From positions 352,001 through 416,000 of the forward strand of contig JAVJNR010000003.1 of assembly GCA_040217195.1 (NCBI GenBank): a stretch of 64,000 bases of DNA. The letters run 5' to 3'. The notes beneath the pieces are model-generated. The model was not told the origin of the DNA. It saw only the letters and a program-made list of their open reading frames with translations, and ran no database searches. Of this stretch, positions 1 through 9,892 are shown piece by piece. How positions within the stretch are numbered: the stretch's first letter is position 1; each line of letters begins with the position of its first letter. Position numbers and translations under genes: made by a program. This DNA comes from Leptospiraceae bacterium. Lineage in GTDB: Bacteria > Spirochaetota > Leptospiria > Leptospirales > Leptonemataceae.

Positions 1-566
1 TAAACGGATTTCTCACTCTGACTCAGTCGAAAGAGAAAATCCGAACGGATGCGGTAATCAAATTCATGTTGGTGGCACTCACCTTTTACGGTATGTCTAC
101 CTTTGAAGGACCTATGATGTCCGTGCGTGCTGTGAACACTATTTCGCACAACACAGACTGGACCATCGGACACGTTCATGGTGGTGCTCTGGGATGGGTT
201 GCCGGTATGGCCTTTGTAGCAATCTACTACCTGGTGCCTCGACTGTGGAACACCAATCTGCATAGCGAAAAACTGGCAGAAGTACACTTCTGGATGGCTT
301 TCGGAGGAATTATCCTCTACGTAGTTTCCATGTGGGTATCCGGTGTTACCGAAGGCCTGATGTGGAGAGCGGTGGATGCTACAGGCGCACTGCAGTACGA
401 TAAATGGATTGAGATTGTTGAGATTCTGCAACCCTATCGCTTAATTCGCGCCCTGGGTGGAACGTTGTTCCTGGCAGGATTCCTGCTTCTGATCTATAAC
501 GTCTGGATGACAATACGAAACGCCGGTTCTGGCTTTGTAGCTGTGGATCTGCGAGAAAAGGCTTAA
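1..566 (+). CDS. ccoN: cbb3-type cytochrome c oxidase subunit I (5'-truncated by window edge)
   Basis: Frame is open from the window start (NGFLTLTQSKEKIRTDAVIKFM...). Contains STFEGPMM, SHNTDWTIGHVHGGALGW with heme-ligand histidines, and the GLMWRA motif. Followed by ccoOQP. Confidence 0.97.
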   Translation, partial: NGFLTLTQSKEKIRTDAVIKFMLVALTFYGMSTFEGPMMSVRAVNTISHNTDWTIGHVHGGALGWVAGMAFVAIYYLVPRLWNTNLHSEKLAEVHFWMAFGGIILYVVSMWVSGVTEGLMWRAVDATGALQYDKWIEIVEILQPYRLIRALGGTLFLAGFLLLIYNVWMTIRNAGSGFVAVDLREKA

Positions 567-586
567 GCTGAGCCAGGAGAACGAAT

Positions 587-1450
587 ATGTCAGAAGAAAA
601 TAGCAGAATACCAAAGGAATTAACCTGGTACGAAAAGCTCAGCTCCAAAGTTGAATCCCATGGATTGAAGCTGACTATCTGGACCACCATCGCCATCTTG
701 ATTGGTGGCCTGGTGGAAATTCCTCCCTTCTTCATGATGGGAGACGTTAAGAAGATCGAATCCGTGGCTCCATTCAGCGCTCCGGAACTGGCAGGTCGTG
801 ATGTGTATCAGGCAGAAGGTTGCTTCTATTGCCACACTCAATTGATTCGCCCGTTTCGCTGGGAAACTCAGCGATGGGATCCAAACCTGGCATACGGAGA
901 GGCTCCCTATTCTAAAGCCGGTGAATTCGTTTATGATCATCCATTTCTATGGGGATCCAAGCGAACCGGTCCGGACCTTTCCCATGAATCCAGTATTCGC
1001 CCAAGTGCAGCCTGGCATGCAGAGCACCTGATCAATCCCAGGGATGCAGTGGACAATTCCCCAATGCCGGCCTATCCCCATCTCTTTCTGGAGCCTGTGG
1101 ATGCTGAGCAGACAATTGCCAACATGCGGGCGCTCCAAACCATCGGGGTACCCTACAATGCGGGTCACTTTCAGGCTGCCAAGAACATGCTGATCAAAGA
1201 ATGCTCGGTGCAGGATCAGAAAAACATGAAGCGAGCCATGGTAGTGAAAGGCTACAGCGAAAGCGAAATTGAAGCCAATGTCTGCAAGCTCGGCGAAGTT
1301 GTACCTATGACCAAGGGAGATGCCCTGGTTAGCTATCTGCTGAAGCTGGGTCGAGACACTACGTCTGTGGCCATGGAAAAAGCTGAAGAAGCCAATGAGT
1401 CGGATGTGGCTGACGCTTCCGATAACCCGGAGGCCAACGATGGAAAATGA
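587..1450 (+). CDS. ccoO: cbb3-type cytochrome c oxidase subunit II
   Basis: N-terminal TM helix, GRDVYQAEGCFYCHTQLIRP (CxxCH), WGSKRTGPDL, SPMPAYP. AGGAG RBS. Confidence 0.97.
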   Translation: MSEENSRIPKELTWYEKLSSKVESHGLKLTIWTTIAILIGGLVEIPPFFMMGDVKKIESVAPFSAPELAGRDVYQAEGCFYCHTQLIRPFRWETQRWDPNLAYGEAPYSKAGEFVYDHPFLWGSKRTGPDLSHESSIRPSAAWHAEHLINPRDAVDNSPMPAYPHLFLEPVDAEQTIANMRALQTIGVPYNAGHFQAAKNMLIKECSVQDQKNMKRAMVVKGYSESEIEANVCKLGEVVPMTKGDALVSYLLKLGRDTTSVAMEKAEEANESDVADASDNPEANDGK

Positions 1451-1640
1451 AATCTGGATGGGGATCTATAAAGGCATGCGCCTTCCCCTGCTGGGTATGA
1501 TACTTCTCTTCATTGCCTGGTACGTTTACCGACCGGGCAAAAAGAAGGAACTGGAAGCGGCCAAGTATGATATGCTGGACGATGAAATCGATACCGGCCT
1601 GTCACAGGAATACCGCAACCGGGATAAGGAGGCTGTATAA
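1440..1640 (+). CDS. ccoQ: cbb3-type oxidase small subunit (CcoQ/FixQ)
   Basis: Short single-TM protein (..FIAWYVYRPGKKKELEAAKYDMLDD) between ccoO and ccoP. Start taken at ATG 1440. Confidence 0.85.
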   Translation: MENEIWMGIYKGMRLPLLGMILLFIAWYVYRPGKKKELEAAKYDMLDDEIDTGLSQEYRNRDKEAV

Positions 1641-2188
1641 TGGCAGATTTTCAAGAAGTAAGAGATGATGAAGAGATATACGAAGGACGGGGCTGGCTAC
1701 CTACCTGGTGGACCCTGATGCTAATCGCAGGAATCGTCTTTGGCGTAGTCTATGTACTCTGGACCCATGGCCTGGAAGGCTGGGATCAAGAAAAGGGCTA
1801 TGAGCAGGAAGTGGCCGATTACCAGAAGCAGTTTCCTGAAGCCATGAATTTGAACAAGGTTACTCTCACCGAAGAAGGCATCAACCCTCTGCGCGGCGAT
1901 GCAGAGGCTGTGAAAGAAGGCGAAAGCCACTTCCAGTCCAAGTGCGCCGCCTGTCATGGAAATGATGGTACAGGTAGAGTGGGACCAGATCTAACAGATG
2001 CTACCTGGTTGCATGGTAATTCGGATGCAGTGGTCTTTGGTCTGGTAATGAATGGAATTCAGGGCGAACAAAAGAAACTGGATACCGGCGGAAACATGCC
2101 GGCGCACAATCGTAGCCTGGGAAGTACAAAGGTGCTTCAGGTGATGGCCTGGCTGTCCAGGATGAATCCGAGTCTCAAAACAAAATAG
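1640..2188 (+). CDS. ccoP: cbb3-type cytochrome c oxidase subunit III, mono-heme
   Basis: LPTWW N-terminal FixP motif, one CAACH, VGPDLTDATWLHG, MPA axial Met. Confidence 0.9.
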   Translation: MADFQEVRDDEEIYEGRGWLPTWWTLMLIAGIVFGVVYVLWTHGLEGWDQEKGYEQEVADYQKQFPEAMNLNKVTLTEEGINPLRGDAEAVKEGESHFQSKCAACHGNDGTGRVGPDLTDATWLHGNSDAVVFGLVMNGIQGEQKKLDTGGNMPAHNRSLGSTKVLQVMAWLSRMNPSLKTK

Positions 2189-2235
2189 TTTCCAGAGACA
2201 TAGTTTCCTTATCAAAGAAAGATACCTTTATTAAT

Positions 2236-2262
2236 AGCGGAGGGTTACCCTCCGCTTCCTTT
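2236..2262 (+). terminator. stem-loop between ccoP and ccoG (terminator/attenuator or mRNA stabiliser)
   Basis: AGCGGAGGG-TTA-CCCTCCGCT perfect inverted repeat followed by TCCTTT. Confidence 0.55.
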
Positions 2263-2300
2263 CGGAAGAGCAAAAATACAATCCCGCCTGGGAGGAAAAC

Positions 2301-3635
2301 ATGGTCATTGCAAGGCCTATTGAAGGCAAGCATCGAACGATTAAGAATCGCATCAACATTGCACTTTTTGCATTGTTTCTGGTACTCCCCTTTATTCGAA
2401 TAAACGGACACCCTTTCCTTCTTCTGGATATCCCCCAGAGAACGTTTCATGTTTTTGGCCTTACTATCTGGCCCCAGGAGCTTTATTTCTTACATGTAAT
2501 ACTGCTGACCATGGGTTTTATGCTACTGTTTTTCACCGCTTTGTTCGGTAGAATCTGGTGCGGCTATGCATGTCCTCAGACCATATTCACTGAAGCCTAT
2601 AACTGGGTAGGAAAGCTGGCTGGCGGTAGTTCTTATGGAAAGCCTACCATGAAGAAATCGCACTGGGCACGGGTCATACCTGCCTGGGTCCTGTTGTCTT
2701 TTCTTTTCTCTTTTGTATTCGCAGCCTACTTTGTAAAATACGAAGATATGCTGCTTAACCTGATCACAGGGAAGATATTTGCCTTCGATGATACCTACAG
2801 GCCTGCTGCCTGGTTTATTTTCCTGATGGCATCCACCGGCACTGCCTTCTTCAATATGGTATACTTTAGAGAAAACCTCTGCAAATATGCCTGCCCCTAC
2901 GGCCGATTCCAGGCCGCGCTGATAGACCGACACAGTCCTATTGTAATGTATGATCAGGATCGTGGCGAGCAACGAAGACAGAAAGGCCAGAAGGTAGGCG
3001 ATCATGCAGGCGATTGCATCGATTGTCATCTTTGCGTTCAGGTATGTCCCACCGGAATTGATATTCGAGACGGACTACAGATTGGCTGCCTTTCCTGTGG
3101 ACTATGCGTGGATGCCTGTAACAGTGTACTCCAGAAATTCGATAAGCCTACTCTAATCGACTACAGCACCATTGCAGAGTCAGAGACCCATAAAGTGGAC
3201 CATAAAAGCAGGCCCTATGTCCGCCCCAGAACTGCAATATATGGAGCTGTGGTGGGTGCATTGATAGTGGTGTTCACTACCTTGCTCATTCTTCGCACTC
3301 CCATCTATGCAAGTATTCAAAGGGATGCAGAACTGCGAAACATAAAAGCAGCTCAGGGCTACCAGAACGGCTACGAATTACACGTGGGCAATATGTCCTA
3401 TAGCGGGTTAAAACTGAATGTTAGCGTACAGGGCGATGGACCGTTCGAGATTATTTCTCAGCCTGGAACCATTGCACTCAATCCTTCGGAGCACAAAGAA
3501 CTACGGTTGATCGTAGCTTACAAAGCGGAGAAAGCTCCTTTAAGGCCCAGAGAGCTAACTTTCATTGTTACCAGTGCTGAGGATCCTTCCATGAAGCAAT
3601 TAGTGGAAAGTAAATTCACATTCCCCATCGAATAG
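2301..3635 (+). CDS. ccoG: cytochrome c oxidase accessory protein CcoG (4Fe-4S)
   Basis: GRIWCGYACPQT, CKYACPYGRFQ, CIDCHLCVQVCPTGIDIR..CLSCGLCVDAC. GGAGG RBS. Confidence 0.96.
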   Translation: MVIARPIEGKHRTIKNRINIALFALFLVLPFIRINGHPFLLLDIPQRTFHVFGLTIWPQELYFLHVILLTMGFMLLFFTALFGRIWCGYACPQTIFTEAYNWVGKLAGGSSYGKPTMKKSHWARVIPAWVLLSFLFSFVFAAYFVKYEDMLLNLITGKIFAFDDTYRPAAWFIFLMASTGTAFFNMVYFRENLCKYACPYGRFQAALIDRHSPIVMYDQDRGEQRRQKGQKVGDHAGDCIDCHLCVQVCPTGIDIRDGLQIGCLSCGLCVDACNSVLQKFDKPTLIDYSTIAESETHKVDHKSRPYVRPRTAIYGAVVGALIVVFTTLLILRTPIYASIQRDAELRNIKAAQGYQNGYELHVGNMSYSGLKLNVSVQGDGPFEIISQPGTIALNPSEHKELRLIVAYKAEKAPLRPRELTFIVTSAEDPSMKQLVESKFTFPIE

Positions 3636-3653
3636 AGGAAGGAGCAAGAATTA

Positions 3654-4160
3654 ATGTCAGAATCCATGAAAACAGCCTTCTGGCTAATTGGCATCTTCTT
3701 CACGTTGATGCTGATTGCCCTGGGCTACACTTTGAAGCTGGCTCTGGATAATGCAGAGCCAATATTGGATGAAACTTATTATGAGAAGGGTCTGGATTAC
3801 CAGGCCCACATAGATGCCCGGGAAAAAGCGGAAGATCTGGGATATAGAATCCAGGGAGACGTCTTTGAAGCGGATCTACTTTCTAGAGGTAATCAGAGCA
3901 TCTCCTGGACGCTGATTGTTCCAGAGGGCCAGAATCTAAATCCTGAAGATGTAAGCTTTACCCTGGTTCTGGATCAGCCTGCCACCAGTAGATACCGCCA
4001 GATTGTGAAGATGGATGCAAAAGACATTCAGATTCAGCAAAACAACCTGGTATTCCAGAAAGAGATAACCATTCCCAGACCTGGATACTGGGATGTAATC
4101 GTAGACGGAAAAGCTGGAGAACTGCGTTTTTATCGCAGTCAGAGAGTTGGAGTAGAATAG
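3654..4160 (+). CDS. ccoH: FixH/CcoH family protein
   Basis: N-terminal TM, YYEKGLDYQ motif, C-terminal GYWDV. Position in the cco operon. Confidence 0.85.
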   Translation: MSESMKTAFWLIGIFFTLMLIALGYTLKLALDNAEPILDETYYEKGLDYQAHIDAREKAEDLGYRIQGDVFEADLLSRGNQSISWTLIVPEGQNLNPEDVSFTLVLDQPATSRYRQIVKMDAKDIQIQQNNLVFQKEITIPRPGYWDVIVDGKAGELRFYRSQRVGVE

Positions 4161-4427
4161 ATGGCCGGTCTGTTAATCACCTTACCGATTGCAGCTGTAA
4201 TTGCCCTGGCATTCCTGGGATTCTTTCTCTGGAGCGTGCGAAATGAGGACTACGAAGACTCGGAAATGATCAAGTATCGCATGCTTTTGGATGAACAGGA
4301 TCAGGCAGATCGAAGCATTCAGCCCAGAAAAGAAAAACCGAAGAATGAAATCCCTGCTGAATTTGGTGCGTCGCCAGACTCAGTGGCTGCCAACGCCGGT
4401 GCAAGGCCGAGCCATAACGGCCTTTAG
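4161..4427 (+). CDS. ccoS: cbb3-type oxidase assembly protein CcoS
   Basis: TM helix then FLWSVRNEDYED..RMLLDE, typical of FixS/CcoS. Confidence 0.85.
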   Translation: MAGLLITLPIAAVIALAFLGFFLWSVRNEDYEDSEMIKYRMLLDEQDQADRSIQPRKEKPKNEIPAEFGASPDSVAANAGARPSHNGL

Positions 4428-4435
4428 GATCATCC

Positions 4436-5164
4436 ATGAACGGCATCGAAAGCGCTGGCTTCTGGGCTGCGGTCTCTGTAGCTTTTATGCAGGGCTTCGT
4501 AGGCTCTTTACATTGCGTGGGAATGTGTGGACCTTTTGTACACCTGCTCAATGGCAGAAGAGATTTACCAGGAAGCGAAGACTCCGAATCCCAGGTCCGG
4601 ACCGGCAAGAAGAATCCCCGGATCGCCATCAATTTAGTATATAACTTGATGCGATCACTTTCCTATATGTCTGTAGGATTCTTTCTGGGTCTGGCCGGAA
4701 AGACAATCAATCTATATGTAGTTAACTCCATTGCAGCGATCCTGGGCGCATTACTGCTACTCTACTTTGGTCTGAGTTTTCTTTTTCCATCTTCCATCCC
4801 TGGATTTCATGGAATTCGAATGCCAGGCTGGTTTAATCGTTCCATTGGCCAACTGCTTCGAGGCAGAACCAATCCAGTGGAAAATGCAGCCCTGATGGGT
4901 ATGGTATCCGGTCTGCTGCCCTGCGGCCTGCTCTATCCTGCCTACGGACTTGCTCTGGGCACCGGGGAGCCCCTGGCCGGTGCTTTTACGATGTTTGTAT
5001 TCAGCCTGGGTACCTATCCTGCATTGATGGTTATCGGTTTGGCCAGCTCCAAGCTCTGGGATTTCTTGCGTGCCAGATGGCCTGGTCGAATCCTGGGAAT
5101 TGCAATGATTCTTTATGCAATCTTCATTGTTTATAAGCGTTGGAGCCATGCCGGAGCCCTTTAA
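4436..5164 (+). CDS. TauE/SafE (DsbD_2-type) membrane protein of cco clusters
   Basis: GSLHCVGMCGP and GLLPCGLLY motifs, FSLGTYP, multiple TM helices. Confidence 0.9.
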   Translation: MNGIESAGFWAAVSVAFMQGFVGSLHCVGMCGPFVHLLNGRRDLPGSEDSESQVRTGKKNPRIAINLVYNLMRSLSYMSVGFFLGLAGKTINLYVVNSIAAILGALLLLYFGLSFLFPSSIPGFHGIRMPGWFNRSIGQLLRGRTNPVENAALMGMVSGLLPCGLLYPAYGLALGTGEPLAGAFTMFVFSLGTYPALMVIGLASSKLWDFLRARWPGRILGIAMILYAIFIVYKRWSHAGAL

Positions 5165-8003
5165 AGAAATCAGCCAATCTTCGACCGCGGTCAGCCGGGA
5201 CTCACTCTGTTTTCATTGCGGACTTCCCCTGGACGAAAGACCCATCCTTCGAAGCGACCATGCATTTTGTTGTCAGGGTTGTGCCGGTGCGTACGAGTTA
5301 ATCGCTGGTTCCGGGATGCTGGACTACTATGAATTCAGAACTGAGTATGCGCCCAGACCAGAAGACCAGACCAGCGATGAAATCTGGGAGCTAATAGAAA
5401 AACAATCCAGTCAGTATTCACAGCCCATCCAGACTACAGAGTCCGACCAGGTATCCAGCAACGATTCAAAGTCCATTCCAGACGAAAGGGGCCCTTCAGA
5501 CCAGATCCCAACCGTAGAAAACTCTTCAGGTGCGGAGAATTCAAAACAGAATCTGGTCAATGGAAGAAGCAACAGTTTCGATACCAGCGTAGCCCAGGCC
5601 AGCGATCCTTCCAGACCTGCGATGCAACCTACATCCCAGAAATCGAACGCAGCGCAATCTGATTTTCTAATCGAAGGAATCCATTGTAGCTCCTGTGTCT
5701 GGCTCAATGAAACCATGCTGCGTTCGGTGCCCGGGGTCCTGGAAGCCTCCGGGAACCTGGCCACCAATCGCCTCCGCCTGGCCTGGAATCCTCAGGTAAT
5801 CAAACTAAAAGAGCTGGCCCATAGAATTGAAAAACTGGGCTATCGCCTGCTACCCCTTCGTCACAGCGATTCCTCCGAAGCGCAGAAGAATTATGCCAGA
5901 AACCTGCTTAAACGAATGGTCGTGGCCGGATTTTTTGCAGGAAACATTATGCTGGTCAGCGTTTCCCTCTATGCCGGATATTTCGGAGTCATGGACCGAT
6001 TTACCAGGAACTTCTTTCACCTGGTCAGTTTCGCATTTGCCACACCGGTAATGCTCTATAGCGCCGCAGTGTTCTTTCGCACAGCCTGGGCCTCCCTGAA
6101 GCATGGAGTTCTATCCATGGATTTGTTAACATCCTCAGGTCTGGCCATTGCCTTTTTCTATAGTATCTACGCTGCATTCTTCGAAGCCGGAGAAGTGTAC
6201 TTTGATTCCGTTTGCTTTGTCACCTTTGCAGTGCTTGCAGGTCGATATCTGGAGAGCCGCTTAAAGCTTCGAAGTCTATATCTAATCGATAACCTGCAGC
6301 AGGCCGAGTCTCCCTTTGCACGTAAAATTCATTCGGATGGCCAGCAAGAAATTGTACCTTCCGAAAGTCTGCTGGTAGGAGATATAATTCTTTTGAAGCC
6401 CGGAGAAAGTCTGCCCTGCGATTCAGTTCTTCTCGACGATTCTGCAGAAGTGGAGCAATCCCTGCTTACAGGAGAGTTTGAACCAATTACCAGAAAAAAA
6501 GGAGATCTATTACTTTCAGGCATTAAAGCCATCGGGGAGATGAAACTGGAGGTGCGCAGAAAAGGCGATGAAAGTGCGCTACGACAGATTCAGACTATGG
6601 CCTCTGAAAGTTTGAATGATTCACCCAGAAGTCAGAAGTTTGCAGAGATGGCAGGACGATATTTTGTAGGATTCGTTCTAATTGCTGGAATAGCAGCCTT
6701 TTATTATCACTTTCAGTTATCTGGTCTTTCCCAGGCGATCATAGTCACGGTCACTCTACTGATTGTGGCCTGCCCCTGCGCTCTGAACCTGGCCATACCC
6801 ACAGCCTTTATTGCAGGTATCCAGCGCTCCTACAGTTCTGGAATATTATATAGAAATGGTCAGCATCTGGAAACCGTGGCCAGAGCCCGGCATATCATAT
6901 TCGATAAGACCGGTACACTTACGGCCGGGCGGATGGAAATCTCCAGGGAATTCTTTGCCTCAAATCAGGATCTGAATCAGCTGCGAAGCCTGTGTCGTAA
7001 CATGGAGTCCCGGTCCGGAATTCAGCATCCAGTGGTCCGGGCTTTCGAATCCACTTACGGCAATTTACCAGAAACCAGGTTCGATGGCAGAAACCTAAAA
7101 TATCATCCTGGCCAGGGACTCTCTCTGACGGTAAGTGATTCCTGGAGGTATCTGCCCGATGACTTGGACGGTACAGTGTACTATCTGGGATCGTTTTTCT
7201 GGCTTCAGATGATGCAGAAAAAGAAACAATCTGCATTCGCTTCAGAAATCCCTTCGAATGCACAGGAGATATCACCAATCTTCCATTCCTATTTCCCTTC
7301 TACAGAGGAGGCCCAGGATTCGCAGCCCATTGCTCAGGATGGTTTTAACCTGGATCAAATTCGCGATGCTTCAGAAGCACAAAGAGAGACTGCCATAGTT
7401 CTATTTCGTAAAATGCCGGGTGGATCGATTGAGGCTCTTGCAGTATTCCTCTTACACGATTCGCTGCGTCCGCAGGCTCGGCAAACGGTAGCAGCACTGA
7501 ACAAACAATACAAGCTGACCATTCTAAGTGGTGATTCGAAAGCACATGTAAGCGCCCTGGCTGAGCAGTTAGGTATCCAGGATTTCCATGCTCAACAGAG
7601 TCCACAGCAGAAACGAGATTTTGTAAGAAAGGCCGCCACTGAAACAGAAGTAATGATGGTTGGTGACGGAATCAACGATAGCGCAGCTCTGGCAAGTGCC
7701 GATGCAGGCATTAGCTTCGCAGGAGGAGCCGGTCTTGCTTTGAACAGCTCGGATATACTTCTGTTAAACAACAGACTTCAGGATCTCAGTCGAATGATTT
7801 TGATTGCTCGGTCTACAAGATCAAAGATCATTCAGAATCTGATTCTAGCATTCTCCTACAATATTCTGCTTCTGCCCATTGCATTCGCTGGATATATCAG
7901 TCCCTTTCTGGGTGCTCTATTTATGAGCTTATCTTCCATCACTGTGATCGTTAACTCAGTCTTCGCAGGTAGAATTCCTCTGCAAAAGACCAGAAGACAA
8001 TGA
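5148..8003 (+). CDS. ccoI: heavy-metal (Cu) translocating P1B-type ATPase CcoI/FixI
   Basis: CFHC..FCCQGC N-terminal metal site, GIHCSSC HMA domain, LTGE, ACPCAL, FDKTGTLT, VGDGIND, YN..LFMSLSS. Start uncertain (5115 or 5148). Confidence 0.93.
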   Translation: MPEPFKEISQSSTAVSRDSLCFHCGLPLDERPILRSDHAFCCQGCAGAYELIAGSGMLDYYEFRTEYAPRPEDQTSDEIWELIEKQSSQYSQPIQTTESDQVSSNDSKSIPDERGPSDQIPTVENSSGAENSKQNLVNGRSNSFDTSVAQASDPSRPAMQPTSQKSNAAQSDFLIEGIHCSSCVWLNETMLRSVPGVLEASGNLATNRLRLAWNPQVIKLKELAHRIEKLGYRLLPLRHSDSSEAQKNYARNLLKRMVVAGFFAGNIMLVSVSLYAGYFGVMDRFTRNFFHLVSFAFATPVMLYSAAVFFRTAWASLKHGVLSMDLLTSSGLAIAFFYSIYAAFFEAGEVYFDSVCFVTFAVLAGRYLESRLKLRSLYLIDNLQQAESPFARKIHSDGQQEIVPSESLLVGDIILLKPGESLPCDSVLLDDSAEVEQSLLTGEFEPITRKKGDLLLSGIKAIGEMKLEVRRKGDESALRQIQTMASESLNDSPRSQKFAEMAGRYFVGFVLIAGIAAFYYHFQLSGLSQAIIVTVTLLIVACPCALNLAIPTAFIAGIQRSYSSGILYRNGQHLETVARARHIIFDKTGTLTAGRMEISREFFASNQDLNQLRSLCRNMESRSGIQHPVVRAFESTYGNLPETRFDGRNLKYHPGQGLSLTVSDSWRYLPDDLDGTVYYLGSFFWLQMMQKKKQSAFASEIPSNAQEISPIFHSYFPSTEEAQDSQPIAQDGFNLDQIRDASEAQRETAIVLFRKMPGGSIEALAVFLLHDSLRPQARQTVAALNKQYKLTILSGDSKAHVSALAEQLGIQDFHAQQSPQQKRDFVRKAATETEVMMVGDGINDSAALASADAGISFAGGAGLALNSSDILLLNNRLQDLSRMILIARSTRSKIIQNLILAFSYNILLLPIAFAGYISPFLGALFMSLSSITVIVNSVFAGRIPLQKTRRQ

Positions 8004-8111
8004 TTTCTCCAAACCATCCGCCAGCTATGCGAATTTGTTTTCCATTCTGGCACGGTCCAAAAACGCCATTTAGATTTCTGGTGCCCTCGAATCTGTAGAA
8101 TGGCCCCGGAT

Positions 8112-8152
8112 ACTTATCATCCAGACTTATCATCCAGACTTATCATCCAGAC
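8112..8152. repeat. 13-bp tandem repeat x3 (ACTTATCATCCAG)
   Basis: Exact copies at 8112, 8125 and 8138. The last copy contains the stop codon of the minus-strand HAD gene. Confidence 0.95.
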
Positions 8153-8757
8153 GTTTCCTTGAAGCTTAACTTTAGCTCTCGACCCAATTCCAGAAAGTCC
8201 CTGGCACATATATCTGCCAGATGCCGAAAAGGAAATTCGCCGGTTGGGTCTATATATACAGTGGAAGTTCCAGCCGCCCGACCCGCCTCCAGATCGTACT
8301 TGAAGTCACCTACCATTGCAGTTTCCTCTGGACGACGATGAAATAAATTCAAGAGTATTTCGATTCCTTCTGGATGCGGTTTGGGTAGTGCTTTTTCCCT
8401 GTCCACGATGTGTTCGGCTGCGAAGAATTCCTGCAGGCCTGCCCGTCGCAAAGTTTCCAGTGCAACATCGTGACGATTTCGGGTCAGAATTCCAAGACTG
8501 CATCCTTTTTGCAGCAGATTGATCAAGAATTCATGAATGCCGGCCGCAGGTCTGGCCAGGGCGGCCAGGTCCCATTCAATGCTATCCAGCTTTTTTTTCA
8601 GTCGTTTCGCCTCGTCTGGCTGCGCTTTTTGAATGGAATCCAGGATGGGAGCGTCGGGTGAAAGTCCCAGGGATTGTCTAATTTGTTGGAAATCATGGAC
8701 GGCTTCCGTAAGGGTTCCGTCCATATCGAATATCCATAGAGGCCTGTTCAGGGGCAT
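8143..8757 (-). CDS. HAD-superfamily hydrolase (subfamily IA)
   Basis: FDMDGTL, LTRN, PKPHP, VGDFKYD motifs. Confidence 0.92.
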   Translation of the reverse strand: MPLNRPLWIFDMDGTLTEAVHDFQQIRQSLGLSPDAPILDSIQKAQPDEAKRLKKKLDSIEWDLAALARPAAGIHEFLINLLQKGCSLGILTRNRHDVALETLRRAGLQEFFAAEHIVDREKALPKPHPEGIEILLNLFHRRPEETAMVGDFKYDLEAGRAAGTSTVYIDPTGEFPFRHLADICARDFLELGRELKLSFKETSG

Positions 8758-8835
8758 TATACCAGCCTCAGGAGCAATTTAAAGACCGCCACGAAAATTT
8801 CTTTACCTATGTACTATCTTTGGTGGGTTTCAACC

Positions 8836-9864
8836 ATGTCCTCCGAAGAAATGGAACGGGCTCTAAAAGAGAAAGAGCAGGAACTGGAGCGCCTGAAGAC
8901 TTTGCTGGGAGCCTATGAAAAGGTCACTGACCTTTCGAGAAAGGAACTCGTAGATGCAGATCAGACCATCCATGCTCAGGAAGTGGCCCAGGAATTGTCC
9001 CGAGCAGAAATCATGGGACTGCAAAACCAGGTAAAAGAGCTGGAAACCGGGCATGCAGACCTGGTGGACCTAATTCGCCAGATTCTGGATGAGGACCCGC
9101 TCAGTGAAGATCGAATACTGAGAAAATTTGAAGCCCTCCGAGATAATTCGAATAGCGAGTTTTACGTAGATCTTTTTCGAGTTCTTCTGCATCATCGATT
9201 TGATCCCGGAGTGGCCCAGGATCACTGGAAAGAAATTCTTCAACATTCCCGAGAACTGGAGCGAAAGCTGGATCGTCCCATTGGCTTTCGCGTGGCCATG
9301 CTGGACTACTTCATTAACCTGAACAAAATTCTTAGAAATCCAATCATCATCGAGATCTCCGTTGTAGATGAAATGATGAAGAACTCCATGACCGATGAGC
9401 TGACCATGCTCTATAATCGCCGGTATTTTGACCGATGCTTGCGAAGGGAGATGAAACGGGCGGAAAGACATCAGGTGCCGGTATCACTTCTAGTGCTGGA
9501 TCTGGACGATTTTAAACAAATCAATGACAATTACGGACACTCCGCCGGGGATATGGTCATGCGAAAGGTAGGACAGGTTCTGAAGTTAATGCTCCGACAG
9601 GAGGATTATCCATGCCGCTTTGGTGGTGAGGAATTTGCCGTGGTTTTGCCCCATACAGGCCCGGAACAGGCATTGCATGTGGCCGAACGATTTCGAGAGG
9701 CCATTGAAAGAGAAGACTTCGAAGGGATTCAAATCACCTGTAGCGGAGGATTGGCCAGCTATCCGGACCATGGTAGTAACGGATCTGAGATATTCGAACG
9801 GGCAGACAGGGCCCTTTATGAAGCAAAAAAATCTGGAAAGAACTGTATCATACTGGCCTCCTGA
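8836..9864 (+). CDS. diguanylate cyclase (coiled coil + helical domain + GGDEF)
   Basis: TDELTMLYNRRY, DLDDFKQINDNYGHSAGD, RQED I-site, RFGGEEF. Confidence 0.95.
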   Translation: MSSEEMERALKEKEQELERLKTLLGAYEKVTDLSRKELVDADQTIHAQEVAQELSRAEIMGLQNQVKELETGHADLVDLIRQILDEDPLSEDRILRKFEALRDNSNSEFYVDLFRVLLHHRFDPGVAQDHWKEILQHSRELERKLDRPIGFRVAMLDYFINLNKILRNPIIIEISVVDEMMKNSMTDELTMLYNRRYFDRCLRREMKRAERHQVPVSLLVLDLDDFKQINDNYGHSAGDMVMRKVGQVLKLMLRQEDYPCRFGGEEFAVVLPHTGPEQALHVAERFREAIEREDFEGIQITCSGGLASYPDHGSNGSEIFERADRALYEAKKSGKNCIILAS

Positions 9865-9892
9865 TCTGGCCGCCAGAATCTATTCCTGCTGA

